The notes: generated from the letters alone by a model not told the origin. 64,000 bases of DNA from Octopus sinensis (GCF_006345805.1 NC_043003.1:13764001-13828000); one strand, 5' to 3'; positions 39,046 through 51,460 are shown, numbered from the stretch's first letter. A program made the numbers and translations.

Positions 39046-39783
39046 TAATAATCCTTTCTACCAAGGCAGGGATTCCCAAATTTTTCACTACCAAAGCCCC
39101 TTTTATTTAAACAAGTTTTCCCACAGACCCCAGGATGTTGAAAAAGCACCCACTACACTCTCGAAGTGGTTGGCGTTAGGAAGGGCATCCAGCTGTAGAA
39201 ACTCTGCCAGATCAAGATTGGAGCCTGGTGCAGCCATCTGGTTCGCCAGCCCTCAGTCAAATCGTCCAACACATGTTAGCATGGAAAGCGGATGTTAAAC
39301 AATGATGATGATGAGATAATGTATGATTAATTTCTAAACAACACGGTCGAGATAGATTTGACCTCTTACACCTACCCAACAATGCAATTCTAATAAACAA
39401 TCATATCATTGAAATCTCAAAGCTACAAGATAATGCATGATTAACTCAAAACAATGTGAATAAATAAGCACTACATTTGTCAAAGCAATCTGAATTCTAA
39501 ACAGTTAAACCAAACTTACACCTAACAAAAAGGAAATATGTGAGACCTTATCTCAGCGTTTCTCAACCAAGGTTCCTTGGAACCTTAGGGTTCCACGAGA
39601 AAGAGTAAGATAAGCTAATGCTAATTTCATCATCGTAATATTACTAGACATGCACAATATGTTATTGGTTACTGTAATATTGTAATATAGACATCATCCT
39701 AGCTAACCTATTATGTTATCAAAAAAAATACAACAACCACTGGGGATATATTAAGTGATGTCAGTAACTTATGGAAACCCTGT

Positions 39784-39827
<44 letters not shown>

Positions 39828-39832
<5 letters not shown>

Positions 39833-40005
39833 AGAATTCACGAAAAAAACAAAAGACGAAGACAGGTGGTATAGAAAACAAATAGATGTATTAGTATAAC
39901 GCTCAGGAATTGAAAAAGTCTTTAACGTTTTGAGCCTATGCTCTTCCACAGAAAGGAACACAGAAAAACCAAGGAGAGAAAAAAAATGTGTGTAGTGGCA
40001 ACTGT
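39828..40005 (-). mobile_element. Penelope-like mini-element in (TA)n with a minimal hammerhead variant
   Basis: Minus strand CTTT-CTGTGGA-A-GAGC-ATAG-GCTC-AAAAC-GTT-AAAG at 39955-39920; TA tracts on both sides. Confidence 0.5.
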
Positions 40006-40170
40006 TTATATATATATATACCAAATAATTGACATCTATATCTAGCATGTTGACTGTCCACTTTTCGTGTTCAGTCCTTAATTGGTATATAAAAATATTT
40101 TAATCTTCGGATTCTTTTTAATATGCTAGACCACTGGTTTTAATTGACTAATATCAATTTCTACCCTTAA

Positions 40171-40213
<43 letters not shown>

Positions 40214-40214
40214 T

Positions 40215-40855
40215 ATATCTTGTGTGGGTACCAGTTGCCGGTGGCACACAAGAAAATCATCCGAACGTTGGCCGTAGCCAGTACCGCATAGACTGGCCTC
40301 CGTGCTTTGGGGACGTAACGTGAAGACCTGTGAGCAAGTGAAAATCAAATCAAAACAAATCAAAATAGATGAACATCAATGGAATTTGTATCTTTGTGGT
40401 ACAGTGCCGGTGGGGTGGCACACAAGAAAATCATCCGAACGTGGCCCGTAGATAGTACCGCATAGACTGGCCTCCATTGCTTTGGGGACGTAACAAACAC
40501 CATCCGATCGTGGCCGCCGCCAGCCTCATCTGGCACCTGTGTCGGTGGCACATAAAAACACCATCCGAGCGTGGCCGTCTGCCAGCCTCGTCTGGCACCT
40601 GTGTCGGTGGCACATAAAAAACACCATCCGAGCGTGGCCGTTCGCCAGCTCGTCTGGCACCTGTGTCGGTGGCACATAAAATCACCCACTACACTCTCGG
40701 AGTGGTTGGCGTTAGGAAGGGCATCCAGCTGTAGAAACACTGCCAGATCTGACTGGCCTGGTGCAGCCTTCGGGCTCCCCAGACCCCAGTTGAACCGTCC
40801 AACCCATGCTAGCATGGAAAACGGACGCTAAATGATGATGATGATGATGATGATG
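40215..40855 (+). mobile_element. SINE-like family C with extended tandem head
   Basis: About six head units, including three near-identical units at 40500-40680. Confidence 0.8.
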
Positions 40856-42336
40856 ATATATATATATGATATTACCACGTGAAGTACGATGAAAAAAATT
40901 AGAAAGATATAGAACATAATTTTTTTGTGCAGGAGTTCCTTGAGACATGTAATTTATTTTAAGGGTAAAAAGGTTGAGAAACACTGCCTTACCTTGTCAT
41001 AAGTTTTCTGATAAGGACCATTCTCTTTTGAGAAGTGCATCAGTTATCAGGCAGTGCACAAAAAATATAACGTTTCCATCACTACAAGCAAATCAGTACT
41101 GTCGGGTTCTATACAAAACTGTCCAGTGTAGGCAGTTGTACAGGAAAACACACGTGATATAGAATTAGATGAAAACTATCTTTTGGGGAAAGGCATCAAT
41201 GGTGATAACCAAATATTGTGATTTTGCAAGATACATTGATAATAATTTTACTTTGGTGTATGTATTTGAAACTGAGCAGTTAAAAAGTGGAGGTGTGTTG
41301 TTTGTTTTTCTGTTATTCGAAATATAAATCATATTCCTGTGTGAACGAAATATTTAAACAAAGAACAACAAAATCTGTAGTGAACGCATGCATACACACA
41401 CACACACACACAATAGCTTCTGGAGACAACAGCATGTCAGGCCACACTATCTGGGAACTTTTGTACTTGGATCAAGTCAATCAATTATAACAACAAAAGT
41501 TTTATTTTCACTTATTTTTCTTTTTATAAATTTAGTTTTTGAATTATAAAAAAATATAATGTAACAAAATTCAATAAACAAAAACATTTTCACAATAATG
41601 TGAGAAGCTAGAGAGTTGGGAGAAGTACAATTCTAGGTTACAGTGTCCAAGATGTTTTCTGTCTGCCATTGTCATATCATTTCATAAACCCAGTCAAAAG
41701 TTAATCACTAAACACATGGATGTGGCTTCTACTCGGTTGCTCAGCCTGCTTAAAATAGCAGCCAAATCTCTTTAAATAAAGCCTATTGTCTTTAAAAAGG
41801 TACATGTTGGTTCTAGATGCATTACTTTTCAGAGAAAGACAGGGTGGTGTAAACCAGAGGTCCTCAATGAGGACGGTACCACACCCAATGGGGTGCTGGG
41901 CATGTCAAAGGAAGCATTAGGCTTTAAAGAGCGTATGGGGTAACATAATTAATATCCTAAATTTTTCCAATAGAGGTAATTATATTATACACGATAAAAC
42001 TAGTAATGGTTGTTAAAATAAAATGAGATCTCATCAGGCACAGAGAAGTCGTTAACTTGAAATGTTTTAAAGTAAATTCACAAGTTTTGTCTTTATTCAT
42101 TTTTTTATTATTATTTCACTGTTAAAAGCTTAAACAACCCATTTTTAGAGTAAAATTTAGAAATTATCATCCATGTTAAGTTAGGTTAGTCATGATAGCT
42201 TATTCACCACTTAGGAGGGCACTAGGCATAACTAATTAAAGGGGAGAGGTATTAATAAAAGAAGAAAAGGTTAAATAAGGACCACCAGTTTAACCATTCT
42301 GATACCAAGATGCCTGAAACTGCCTCTAGTTCTATG

Positions 42337-42721
42337 TGGAGGCGCAATGGCCCAGTGGTTAGGGCAGCGGACTCGCGGTCATAGGATCGCGGTTTCGATT
42401 CCCAGACCGGGCGTTGTGAGTGTTTATTGAGCGAAAACACCTAAAAGCTCCACGAGGCTCCGGCAGGGATGGTGGTGATCCCTGCTGTACTCTTTCACCA
42501 CAACTTTCTCTCACTCTTACTTCCTGTTTCTGTTGTACCTGTATTTCAAAGGGCCGGCCTTGTCACTCTCTGTGTCACGCTGAATATCCCCGAGAACTAC
42601 GTTAAGGGTGCACGTGTCTGTGGAGTGCTCAGCCACTTACACGTTAATTTCACGAGCAGGCTGTTCCGTTGATTCGGATCAACTGGAACCCTCATCGTCG
42701 TAACCGACGGAGTGCTTCCCC
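42337..42721 (+). mobile_element. Full-length young tRNA-derived SINE
   Basis: A box TGGCCCAGTGG (42348-58), B box GTTTCGATTCC (42392-402), CpG-rich body, 9-bp TSD AGTTCTATG (42328-36 / 42722-30). Confidence 0.85.
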
Positions 42722-43002
42722 AGTTCTATGAAAAAATTTTGTTTCAAAGTGAGATAAATGGAAACCTTCCATCAAAATTTCTTGTTAATTTATGTTCCAA
42801 ACATCAGATTAATAGTGACAAAGTTGTTTTGCTAAATTTTTCATTTTCTCAAAAATTAATTAAAACAAAACTTGGAGTATTTCAGTAGAAACATAACAAC
42901 AAAAAGGGTTAACACCTCTCCATCTTGTACATGTTAAGGTTTTAATGTAACTCTATACACTGAGGTTAACAGTATAAACGCAAGAAGTGGTTTCTTGTGA
43001 AA

Positions 43003-43405
43003 TTACTCTTTCACTTGTTTCAGTCATTTGACTGCGACCATGCTGGAGCACCGCCTTTAGTCGAGCAAATCGACCCCGGGACTTATTCTTTGTAAGCCTA
43101 GTACTTATTCTATCGGTCTCTTTTGCCGAACCACTAAGTTACAGGGACGTAAACACATCAACATCGGTTGTCAAGCGATGGCAGGGGGACAAACACAGAA
43201 CGCAAACACACACATATATATATATACATATAGATATATATGACAGGCTTCTTTCAGTTTCTGTCTACCAAATTCACTCACAAGGCTTTGGTCGGCCTGA
43301 GGTTATAGTAGAAGACACTTGCTCAAGGTGCCATGTAGTGGGACTGAACTCGGAACCATGTGGTTGGTAAGTAAGTTACTTACCACACAGCCATTCTTGC
43401 ACCTA
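43003..43405 (-). mobile_element. SINE family A, full length
   Basis: Reverse complement of the family A pattern. Confidence 0.85.
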
Positions 43406-44098
43406 TTATAACTTAAAACAACTAACTTAATACACAGATAAATCCATAATAATAAAAAAAAAATTTCGTTCTTGTTTATGGAATAGCATTCTCACATCTG
43501 CCATAAGAACCATCCGGAATTTTCTAAAGGAAAAACAAAAAAAACATACTTTCTCTCCCCTGTCCAATCAAAATTGAAACATGGAATCAGTTTAGCAAAC
43601 CTTGAAATAAAAGCCACACTTGAGTTCAGTTGTTGTTCTGGTAATTGACTTTCGCTGATGCTGATCCTCATCTTGCTCCTAAAATTCCTGCGATTATATC
43701 CGATTACCAGAATTTACTCTCACATCTTGGGACCCAACTTAACAGCAAAAGAGCAGCAACAGTAAAGATATAACGTTGACTTCCTATAACTTATCGCATG
43801 GGGCAGCAATTATAGAAGGAGGGGTTAATAATCATGTAAATCAAACTCTATGAAATTATTTTATGAAACTCAGAAGGACAAAAAGCAAAACTGGTTTAGG
43901 TTATTGTTGTTGTTGTTGTTGTTGTGGTTTAGTTCCAAATCGGTTCTGACTGAACAAACAAGGAATTTCGAAAGAAGTTTTTATAAAACTAGTTTTTAAA
44001 ACATTGAATCAGACGGGAGCATGGTACAGCCTCCTGGCTTTCCAGACCCCGGTCGAACCGTCCAACCCATGCTAGCATGGAAAACGGACGTTAAACGT

Positions 44099-44129
<31 letters not shown>

Positions 44130-44237
44130 TGGCTATGGCAGCATGCCCACCAGAATAAAATAGTAAACAAACAGGTCCATGGGCAAAAAATGGCTGAGAA
44201 TCCCTGATACAGAGGATCCTTTGTTGGCAGTTATTAT

Positions 44238-44612
44238 ACTCCTTTAGTCTTTTACTTGTTTCAGTCATTTGACTGTAGCCATGCTGGAGCACTGCCTTTA
44301 GTTGAGCAAATCGACAACAGGACTTATTCTTTGTAAGCCTAGTACTTATTCAATCATTCTCTTTTGCCGAACCGCTAAGTTACGGAGGACATAAACACAC
44401 CAGCATCGGTTGTCAAGTGATATTGGGGGGACAACCACAGACCATATATACAGTGGGTTTCTTTCAGTTTCCATCTTCCAAATCCACTCACAAGACTTTG
44501 GTCAGCCCGAGGCTATAGTAGAAGACACCTGCCCAAGGTGCCATGCAGTGGGAATGAACCTGGAACCATGTGGTTGGTAAGCAAGCTACTTACCACACAG
44601 CCACTCCGACGC
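44238..44612 (-). mobile_element. SINE family A
   Basis: Reverse complement of the family A pattern, short internal microsatellite. Confidence 0.85.
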
Positions 44613-45142
44613 CTATGCTGATTTCAAACATCCATACAAATCTGCATAGTTCTTGGGATGGTAGATAGGGGCTGAAGCCTATTAATTAAACTCAAGAACT
44701 TATTTCATTATCCTCAGAAGAATGAAAAGAAAAGCTGACAAGATTGGATTGGAACTTAAAAACTAAAAGGTCTTCACTAAATACTACAAGGCATTTTGTC
44801 TGACAATCTAATGATTCTGCCAGCTCACCACCCCCTCAGTAGGGGTCACCATACCAGTTTCAAATTTTTAGCACAACTCTTTTACTTGTTTCAGTCATGT
44901 AACTGCGGCCATGCTGGAGTAAAGAATGGACCAGAAACAAGAATCTGATTGATTGCATGCATATAGCACAAGACAAAGGGAACTGAAGAGTTTTGGTAAG
45001 CTGACCCATGGACACAGGAAGGGCAGCTGGCTGAGAGCACCTTAAAGTGTTCAGTGCATGTGAAAGGGAACTTTGTAATGGTCATGCATTTCCCAACAAA
45101 AATCATGTTGACAGTTACTGGTACTTTCTTTCTTTGTGACTC

Positions 45143-45545
45143 ATGGCTGTGCAGGTAAGGGGTTTACTTCCCAACCTTGTGGATTTGGGTTCAGTCCCAC
45201 TGCATGGCACCTTGGGGAAGTATCTTGTTTTATAGCCCCAGACCAACCAAAGACTTGTGAGTGGGTTTGGTAAATAGAAACTGTAAAGAAGCCCATTGTG
45301 TGCGTGTGTGTGTGTGTGTCTGTCTCTGTGTTTAGTGTCTCCCCACCACCATTGCTGGACAACCAGTGTTTGTTTGATTACATCCCTATAACTTAGCAGT
45401 TTGGCAAGAGGTCAATAAAGCAAGTAATAAACTTTAAAAAAAAAATGAAAAAAAATCAGTACTGAGTTCAGTTTGTTTGGCTAAAAACCCTTCAAGGTGA
45501 TGCTGCAGCATGGCCACAGTCAATGACCAAAACAAGCAAACGATA
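45143..45545 (+). mobile_element. SINE family A, diverged
   Basis: Head and tail motifs present. Confidence 0.75.
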
Positions 45546-46044
45546 AATGATAAAGAAAACGATGAAAAAAGTGAACTGAATTTCTTTAGTCACTACTTTA
45601 GTACAAACAAGACACCAACAGTAAATTTAGGTCACTAAATCACTGGTGTGTCTTATTGTAGATAGAGGACAATACTTGTTATATCAAAGTATCCAACACT
45701 TTTCTCATTTGGTCAATTTACTTGCATTACTAATAAAAATAATAATGATTTCTAGCACAGAAACAAGGCCTGTTTTGCAGAAGAAGGGAAAAATAAACTC
45801 ATTATTGAGCTGATAAATACTTTATCATTGAACTTAGATAAAACTAAATAGCATAATACTTTTAATCTGTAACGACATTACCTGGGTGATCTAAAAGCAC
45901 TTTCATTTCTCGTTTCTTTGTGACAAAGAAGCCAATCTACATACTGCATGAAAGGTGTGGTGTTATGCTTTAGTAGCAAAAAATCAAGGGCAACTGCTTC
46001 AACAGGAAATCAAAAACTGAGTCACGGTATTAACCTGCTAAAGG

Positions 46045-47070
46045 CACAGGCATGGCTCTGTGGTTGACTTGACTTGATTTGAGACAGCATTCACCCAGGG
46101 TGGGTTGAGCTGGTTTCATTCATCCTCAATGCTGCATCTCTCACAAACGCCGACCAGACCCGGCGATTTGAGGCTAACGACCACATGATCTCCAACCACT
46201 CCTTATTCCAGCAGCGAACGCTGTAGATATGGGGGCCTAGGTTGGGTTCCAGATCAGCCTTGATTGTAATCAGCCAGGCTTTTCGTTGTCCACTACATTG
46301 CTTTCGCAAACCCCGAAAAGGGAGCTGGGGCAATTGCTTCATAGATGAATTCTTCTGGTTGACAACAGAGGGCATGATCCAGCCAACGCAGACGTCTCGT
46401 TAGGATGACTTGTCGGAGGGGGGTGCTTTTGCACTGGTGTCTCACCGAATTGTTGGAGACAAAGTGATGCCATCGGACATGAAGGATGCAGCGTAGACAG
46501 AGGTGATCGAACAATTCTAGTCGCTCTGTTGTTGAGAAGTTTGCTTCCCATCTGCAAAGTCTCCGGTTCAGTTCAACTGTGTGGCACCTCGGACAATTGT
46601 CTTTTACTATAGTCATGCACTGACCAACATCTTGTGAGTGAATTATGATAGATGGAGACTGTGTGGAAGCCTGTCATATGTGTATGTGTGTGTGTGTGTG
46701 TCTTTGTACTCCTCTAATGCTTGACAACCGGTATTGGTTTGTTTATGTTCCCATAACTTAGCAGTATGGCAAAAGAGACCAATAGAATAAGTACCAAACT
46801 TAAAAAACAAGTAGTGGGTTATGCTAGACAGTAACTGTGAGGAAGCACAACATATGTGTATATATTTGTACTCCCCTAATGCTTGACAACTACTGTCAGT
46901 TTGTTTATGCTCCCATAAGGTAGCAGTTTGGCAAAAGGGATCAACAGAATAAGTATTAAAACCAGACTGAAAAATAAGTACTGATGGGGGGGTGGTTGAT
47001 CTGTTCAACTAAAACCCTTCAGAGCAGGGCCCCAGCATGGCCACAGTCCAATGATTTAAACTAATAAAAG
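46045..47070 (+). mobile_element. SINE family A with RTE insertion in the head and internal duplication
   Basis: Head split at 46067/46524; middle segment repeated at about 46690-46810 and 46860-46980. Confidence 0.7.
46068..46523 (-). mobile_element. RTE-clade LINE 3' fragment (post-RT C-terminus), 5'-truncated and frameshifted
   Basis: RLELFDHLCLRCILHVRW...RRLRWLDHALC...NRRVWSAFV; (CAAGT)n tail; 12-bp TSD CTCTGT(G/T)GTTGA. Confidence 0.85.
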
Positions 47071-47182
47071 ACAAAGATATTTTAGGAAAATGTATGTAAT
47101 AATTAGCAAATCATTGAATATCTGACATCTTAATGAAATGAAACACGTTGGCGTCACTCTTTTCTAGATTGAAAGAATATTC

Positions 47183-47800
47183 TTTTCTACTCAGGGCACA
47201 AGGCCCGAAATTTTTGGACAGAGTGCAGTCGCTTAGATCGACCCCAGTACACAACTGGTACTTAATTTATCAACCCCAGTACACAACTGGTACTTAATTT
47301 ATCGACCCCAAAAGGATGAAAGGCAAAGTTGACCTCGGCAGAATTTGAACTCAGAACATAAAGACAGATGAAATAACACTAAGCATTTCACCCAGCGTGC
47401 TAAAGTTTCTGCCAGCTCACTGCCTTTATAATATATTCTTTTCTACTTTAGGGACAAGACCCAAGATTTTGGGGGAGGTGGGCAGTCAATTTGATCGATC
47501 TCAGTATGCAACTGGTACTTAATTTATTGACCCTTAAATGATGAAAGGCAAAGTTGACCTCGGCGGAATTTGAACTCAGAACGTAAAGACAGGCGAAATA
47601 CCTATTTCTTTACTACCTACAAGGGGCTAAGCACAGAGAGGGCAAACAAGGACAGACAAACGGATTAAGTCGATTACATCGACCCCAGTGTGTAACTGGT
47701 ACTTATTTAATCGACACCGAAAGGATGAAAGGCAAAGTCGACGTCGGCAGAATTTGAACTCAGAACGTAGTGGCAGATGAAATACCACTAAGCATTTCGT
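47183..47800 (-). mobile_element. Tandem SINE family B cluster
   Basis: Three repeated GGCAAAGT.GAC.TCGGC.GAATTTGAACTCAGAAC blocks. Confidence 0.8.
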
Positions 47801-47858
47801 CACCTTAGAATGAAAGAATATTCTTCATCCAGTTGACATATTTGCCTTCAGGATATTT

Positions 47859-48047
47859 ACTCTTCTCCTCTGGAAGCCATCTACTCGCAATACCAGAGGG
47901 CGCACACTCTCCTACCCTGATGTAATCTCCAGGGATACAGGCATCCAACAACAGGACCTCCGTAATGCTATGATGGACCGTAAAGTCTGGCGTAACATGG
48001 TAAATTCCATTGTCTCGACCACGGTCAAACAATGACGATGATGATGA
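47859..48047 (+). mobile_element. RTE-clade LINE extreme 3' end
   Basis: LLLWKPSTRNTRGRTLSYPDVISRDTG...AMMDRKVWRNMV followed by (GAT)n. Confidence 0.8.
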
Positions 48048-48120
48048 TTTACCAGCATTTGAAGAACTATTGTGAAAGTTACAAGTTCAAATTCTACAAG
48101 GCACTGTTATCTTGGTGCTT

Positions 48121-48447
48121 ATCATCATCATCATTTAGCGTCCGCTTTCCATGCTAGCATGGGTTGGACGGTTCTACTGGGGTCTGTGAAGCCAGAAGGC
48201 TGCATCAGGCCCAGTCTGATCTGGCAGTGTTTCTACGGCTGGATGCCCTTCCTAACGCCAACCATTCCGTGAGTGTAGTGGGTGCTTTTTACGTGCCACC
48301 CGCACAGGTGCCAGATGGAGCTGGAAAACGGCCACGGACTGATGGTGCTTTTTATGTGCCACCGGCATGGGGCCAGGCGAGGCTGGCAACGGCCACAAAT
48401 GGATGGTGCTTTTTACGTGCCACCGGCATGAGCCCAGTCGGGGCGGC
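48121..48447 (-). mobile_element. SINE-like family C
   Basis: Same body and tail. Confidence 0.8.
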
Positions 48448-49241
48448 TTATATAACATATATATATATTTGTCCAAGGTACCACATAGCTGAACTGAACG
48501 GAGAGGGTGAATGGGTGAAACACAATAAAAGACTCAAGTGTATTAATCAACATATTTATTTGTTTCGCTATAATTTAGGAATTTGTCGTTGTCAGATTTA
48601 AACACAGAAAAGGTTAATTGTGTTTTTTTAAATTTTTGTTTTGTAAGTGGCAAATGTTGAAATTAAAATGCACAAATGCATATACACAGAAAAATAACTG
48701 CATTAGTGAGTTAAGCATCTCATGACAGTATTAAAAAAAAAACAAGAAATTTGAATAATGGTAGTGAAACACACACACATAGCATATACCAACACGTGCA
48801 CAAATGTACACTGTACTCACTCAAGTGTGGGGACATTCATAACTATGTGTATATATGTATGTATGCATGAGTGATTACATGTATGTGTTTGCGTGTATGT
48901 GCTTATTATTTGTAAGCAATATAAAGAAGAACAACAGAATGTTTATTGACGAGGAGACAATAATTAAAAGCAGAGTCAAATTTATTTATCATAAAATTCG
49001 TTTTGAATGGAACTATATATATATATAACACACACACACATATATATATACATGCGTACATATATATGCACACATACACATATATACATATGTATATATG
49101 TGTGTGTGTATATATATATATAGATATTGGCCTGCTCGCTTAGCCAGCGGGGTGGCGTCATTTGGAGGTTAAAACAATGCGAAGCGCATTGTGACCAGCG
49201 ATGTGTAGCAACATCTGATAGCCTGGTCGGTCGTGGTGGTG

Positions 49242-49289
<48 letters not shown>

Positions 49290-49352
49290 GTATATGCTAG
49301 ACCACTGGTGTTAAAATTGATGTTATCAAATTAATATCCAATTTTGATTTTA

Positions 49353-49407
<55 letters not shown>

Positions 49408-49494
49408 AATCAAAATGAGGGTGAAAAATGCATGTGTGTATATATATATAAACATACACAAACACATATATGTACATGTGTACATATATACATA

Positions 49495-49790
49495 CACGTT
49501 CGACTTTGCCTTTCATCCTTTCGGGGTCAATAAATAAAGTACCAGTTACGCACTGGAGTCGATGTAATCGACTTAATCCCTTTGTCTGTCATTGTTTGTT
49601 TCCTCTATGTTTAGCCCCTTGTGGGTAATAAAGAAATATGTTCTGAGTTCAGATTCCGAGGTCAACTTTGCCTTTCCTTCTTTAGGGGTCGATTAAATAA
49701 GTACCAGTGAAACACTGGGGTCGATGTAATCGACTAACTCCCTCCCCAAAATTTCAGGCCTTGTGCCCATAGAAAAGATTATTATTATAA
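49495..49790 (+). mobile_element. SINE family B, two partial copies
   Basis: CGACTTTGCCTTTCATCC at 49501 and a variant at about 49660. Confidence 0.75.
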
Positions 49791-50204
49791 TTATTCATTT
49801 TGTTTATCATGTATAAGTACATGTGTACTCATCATTATTGTATTTATTTTTATTCAAGTTTAGAAAAATGGAAGTATGTCTTTGACAGTTCCAGAACATG
49901 CTGAATGTATTTTGTGCAAAACTTTTGATCCACCCCAAAAATTCACACACACACACAGATTGAGGGCTATTTGGTCAGCACCTGACACCATGGTATATGA
50001 ACATTTGAATGGTATAATCTTTAATGGTATGCTTTTCAATTTCTTAATTCTTTGTCCATTTTCTCGCTTACTGTTATTTTCTGTTATTTGGTGCTTTTTG
50101 GCAGTTGAATTGGGACTTTAACTCCTATTTCTAAACAGGTTGATGCATTGCACATCCTTATGCTTCATGCTAATTTAAAATTTTATACATAATATATACA
50201 TCGA

Positions 50205-50662
50205 AATCAAATTCGATGACTGGCATCCGTGCTAGTGGAGCGCTAAGAGTACCATACGAGTGGGATTGTGGCCAGAGCAACAAGCTGGCATCTGTGCCGA
50301 TGACACGTTAAAAACACCATTCGAGCGTGATCGTTACCTGCGTTGCCTTATTGGCACTTGTGCTGGTGGCATGTGAAAAAAACATTTGGGCGAGGTTGTT
50401 GCCAGTGCCGCTGGACTGGCTCCTGTGCAGGTGGCACATAAAAAGCACCATTTGAGCGTGGCCGTTGCCAGTACCACCTAACTGGCCCTCATGCTGGTGG
50501 CACGTAAAAGCACCCACTACTCTTGGGGTGGTTGGCGCTAGGAAGGGCATCCAGCTGTAGAAACTCTGCCAGATCAGATTGGAGTCTGGTTCGCCAGACC
50601 TCAGTCAAATCGTCCAACCCATGCTAGCATGGAAAGCGGACGTTAAATGATGATGATGATGA

Positions 50663-50665
<3 letters not shown>
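50205..50665 (+). mobile_element. SINE-like family C, near full length
   Basis: Five head units plus body plus (GAT)n. Confidence 0.8.
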
Positions 50666-50699
<34 letters not shown>

Positions 50700-50704
50700 C
50701 ATTA

Positions 50705-50832
50705 AGTTAAATATATGTCCAGTCATAGAGTGACCAATGGTTTCACATCCATAAAGCACTTAGTTTTATGGACAACGAGTGCTTATATATGCGAAACCAT
50801 TGGTCACTCTATGACTGGACACATATTTAACT
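50705..50832. mobile_element. Palindromic hairpin element (family copy 2)
   Basis: Inverted arms AGTTAAATATATGTCCAGTCATAGAGTGACCAATGGTTTC / GAAACCATTGGTCACTCTATGACTGGACACATATTTAACT. Confidence 0.75.
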
Positions 50833-51020
50833 GCATCTAAATGCATTACTCCTCTCACTTTTAGAGTATGCTTCTTTTTTGGATATATGATCCACTGATG
50901 ATAAATGTATATAAACACACACACACACGTGTGCATGTACTTAAATAAGTGTTTACCTATGACATAGCAATTCCCCAGATCAGTTCAGTTGGCTGAGATG
51001 GGCCTCCTTATATATATATA

Positions 51021-51064
<44 letters not shown>

Positions 51065-51066
<2 letters not shown>

Positions 51067-51460
51067 TTTTATTTTTTTACTTGTTTCAGTCATTAGACTG
51101 TGACCATGCTGGGCCACCTTGACTTTTTTTAGGCAAATGAATCAGCCTCAGGACTTATTCTTTAAGCCTGGTTCTTATTCTGTCGGGCTCTTTTGCTGAA
51201 CCGCTAAGTTATGGGGTATGTAAACACACCAACAGCAGTTGCCAAGTGATGGTGGCGAGGGGTAGGAGACACACATACACACACATACATGTACGACGGG
51301 CTTCTTTCAACTTCCATCTACTAGATCAACTCAAGGCTTTGGTTGGCCCGAGGCTGTAGTAGAAGACACTTGCCTAAGGTGCCATGTAGTGGGACTGAAA
51401 CCAGAACCAGGAGGTTGGGAAGCAAGCCTCTTACCACACAGCCATTCCTGCTTGTGCCTA
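51065..51460 (-). mobile_element. SINE family A
   Basis: Reverse complement of the family A pattern. Confidence 0.8.

Larger units (their letters stand above)
39554..40986. mobile_element. hAT (Charlie-like) MITE expanded by nested insertions
   Basis: TIR CAG(C/T)GTTTCTCAACC; 8-bp TSD CCTTATCT / CCTTACCT. Confidence 0.75.

Noticed and set aside
40500-40680. Regularly spaced ~55-bp repeats resembling a CRISPR array
   Set aside because: Whole units repeat with no unique spacers; part of SINE family C in a eukaryotic genome.
41075-41150. EGF-like SCTTAYTGQFCIE on the minus strand
   Set aside because: Bounded by stops, lacks the full cysteine pattern and has no compatible splice sites.
42337-42410. 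tRNA gene
   Set aside because: It continues into a SINE body with a TSD; no complete cloverleaf or terminator.
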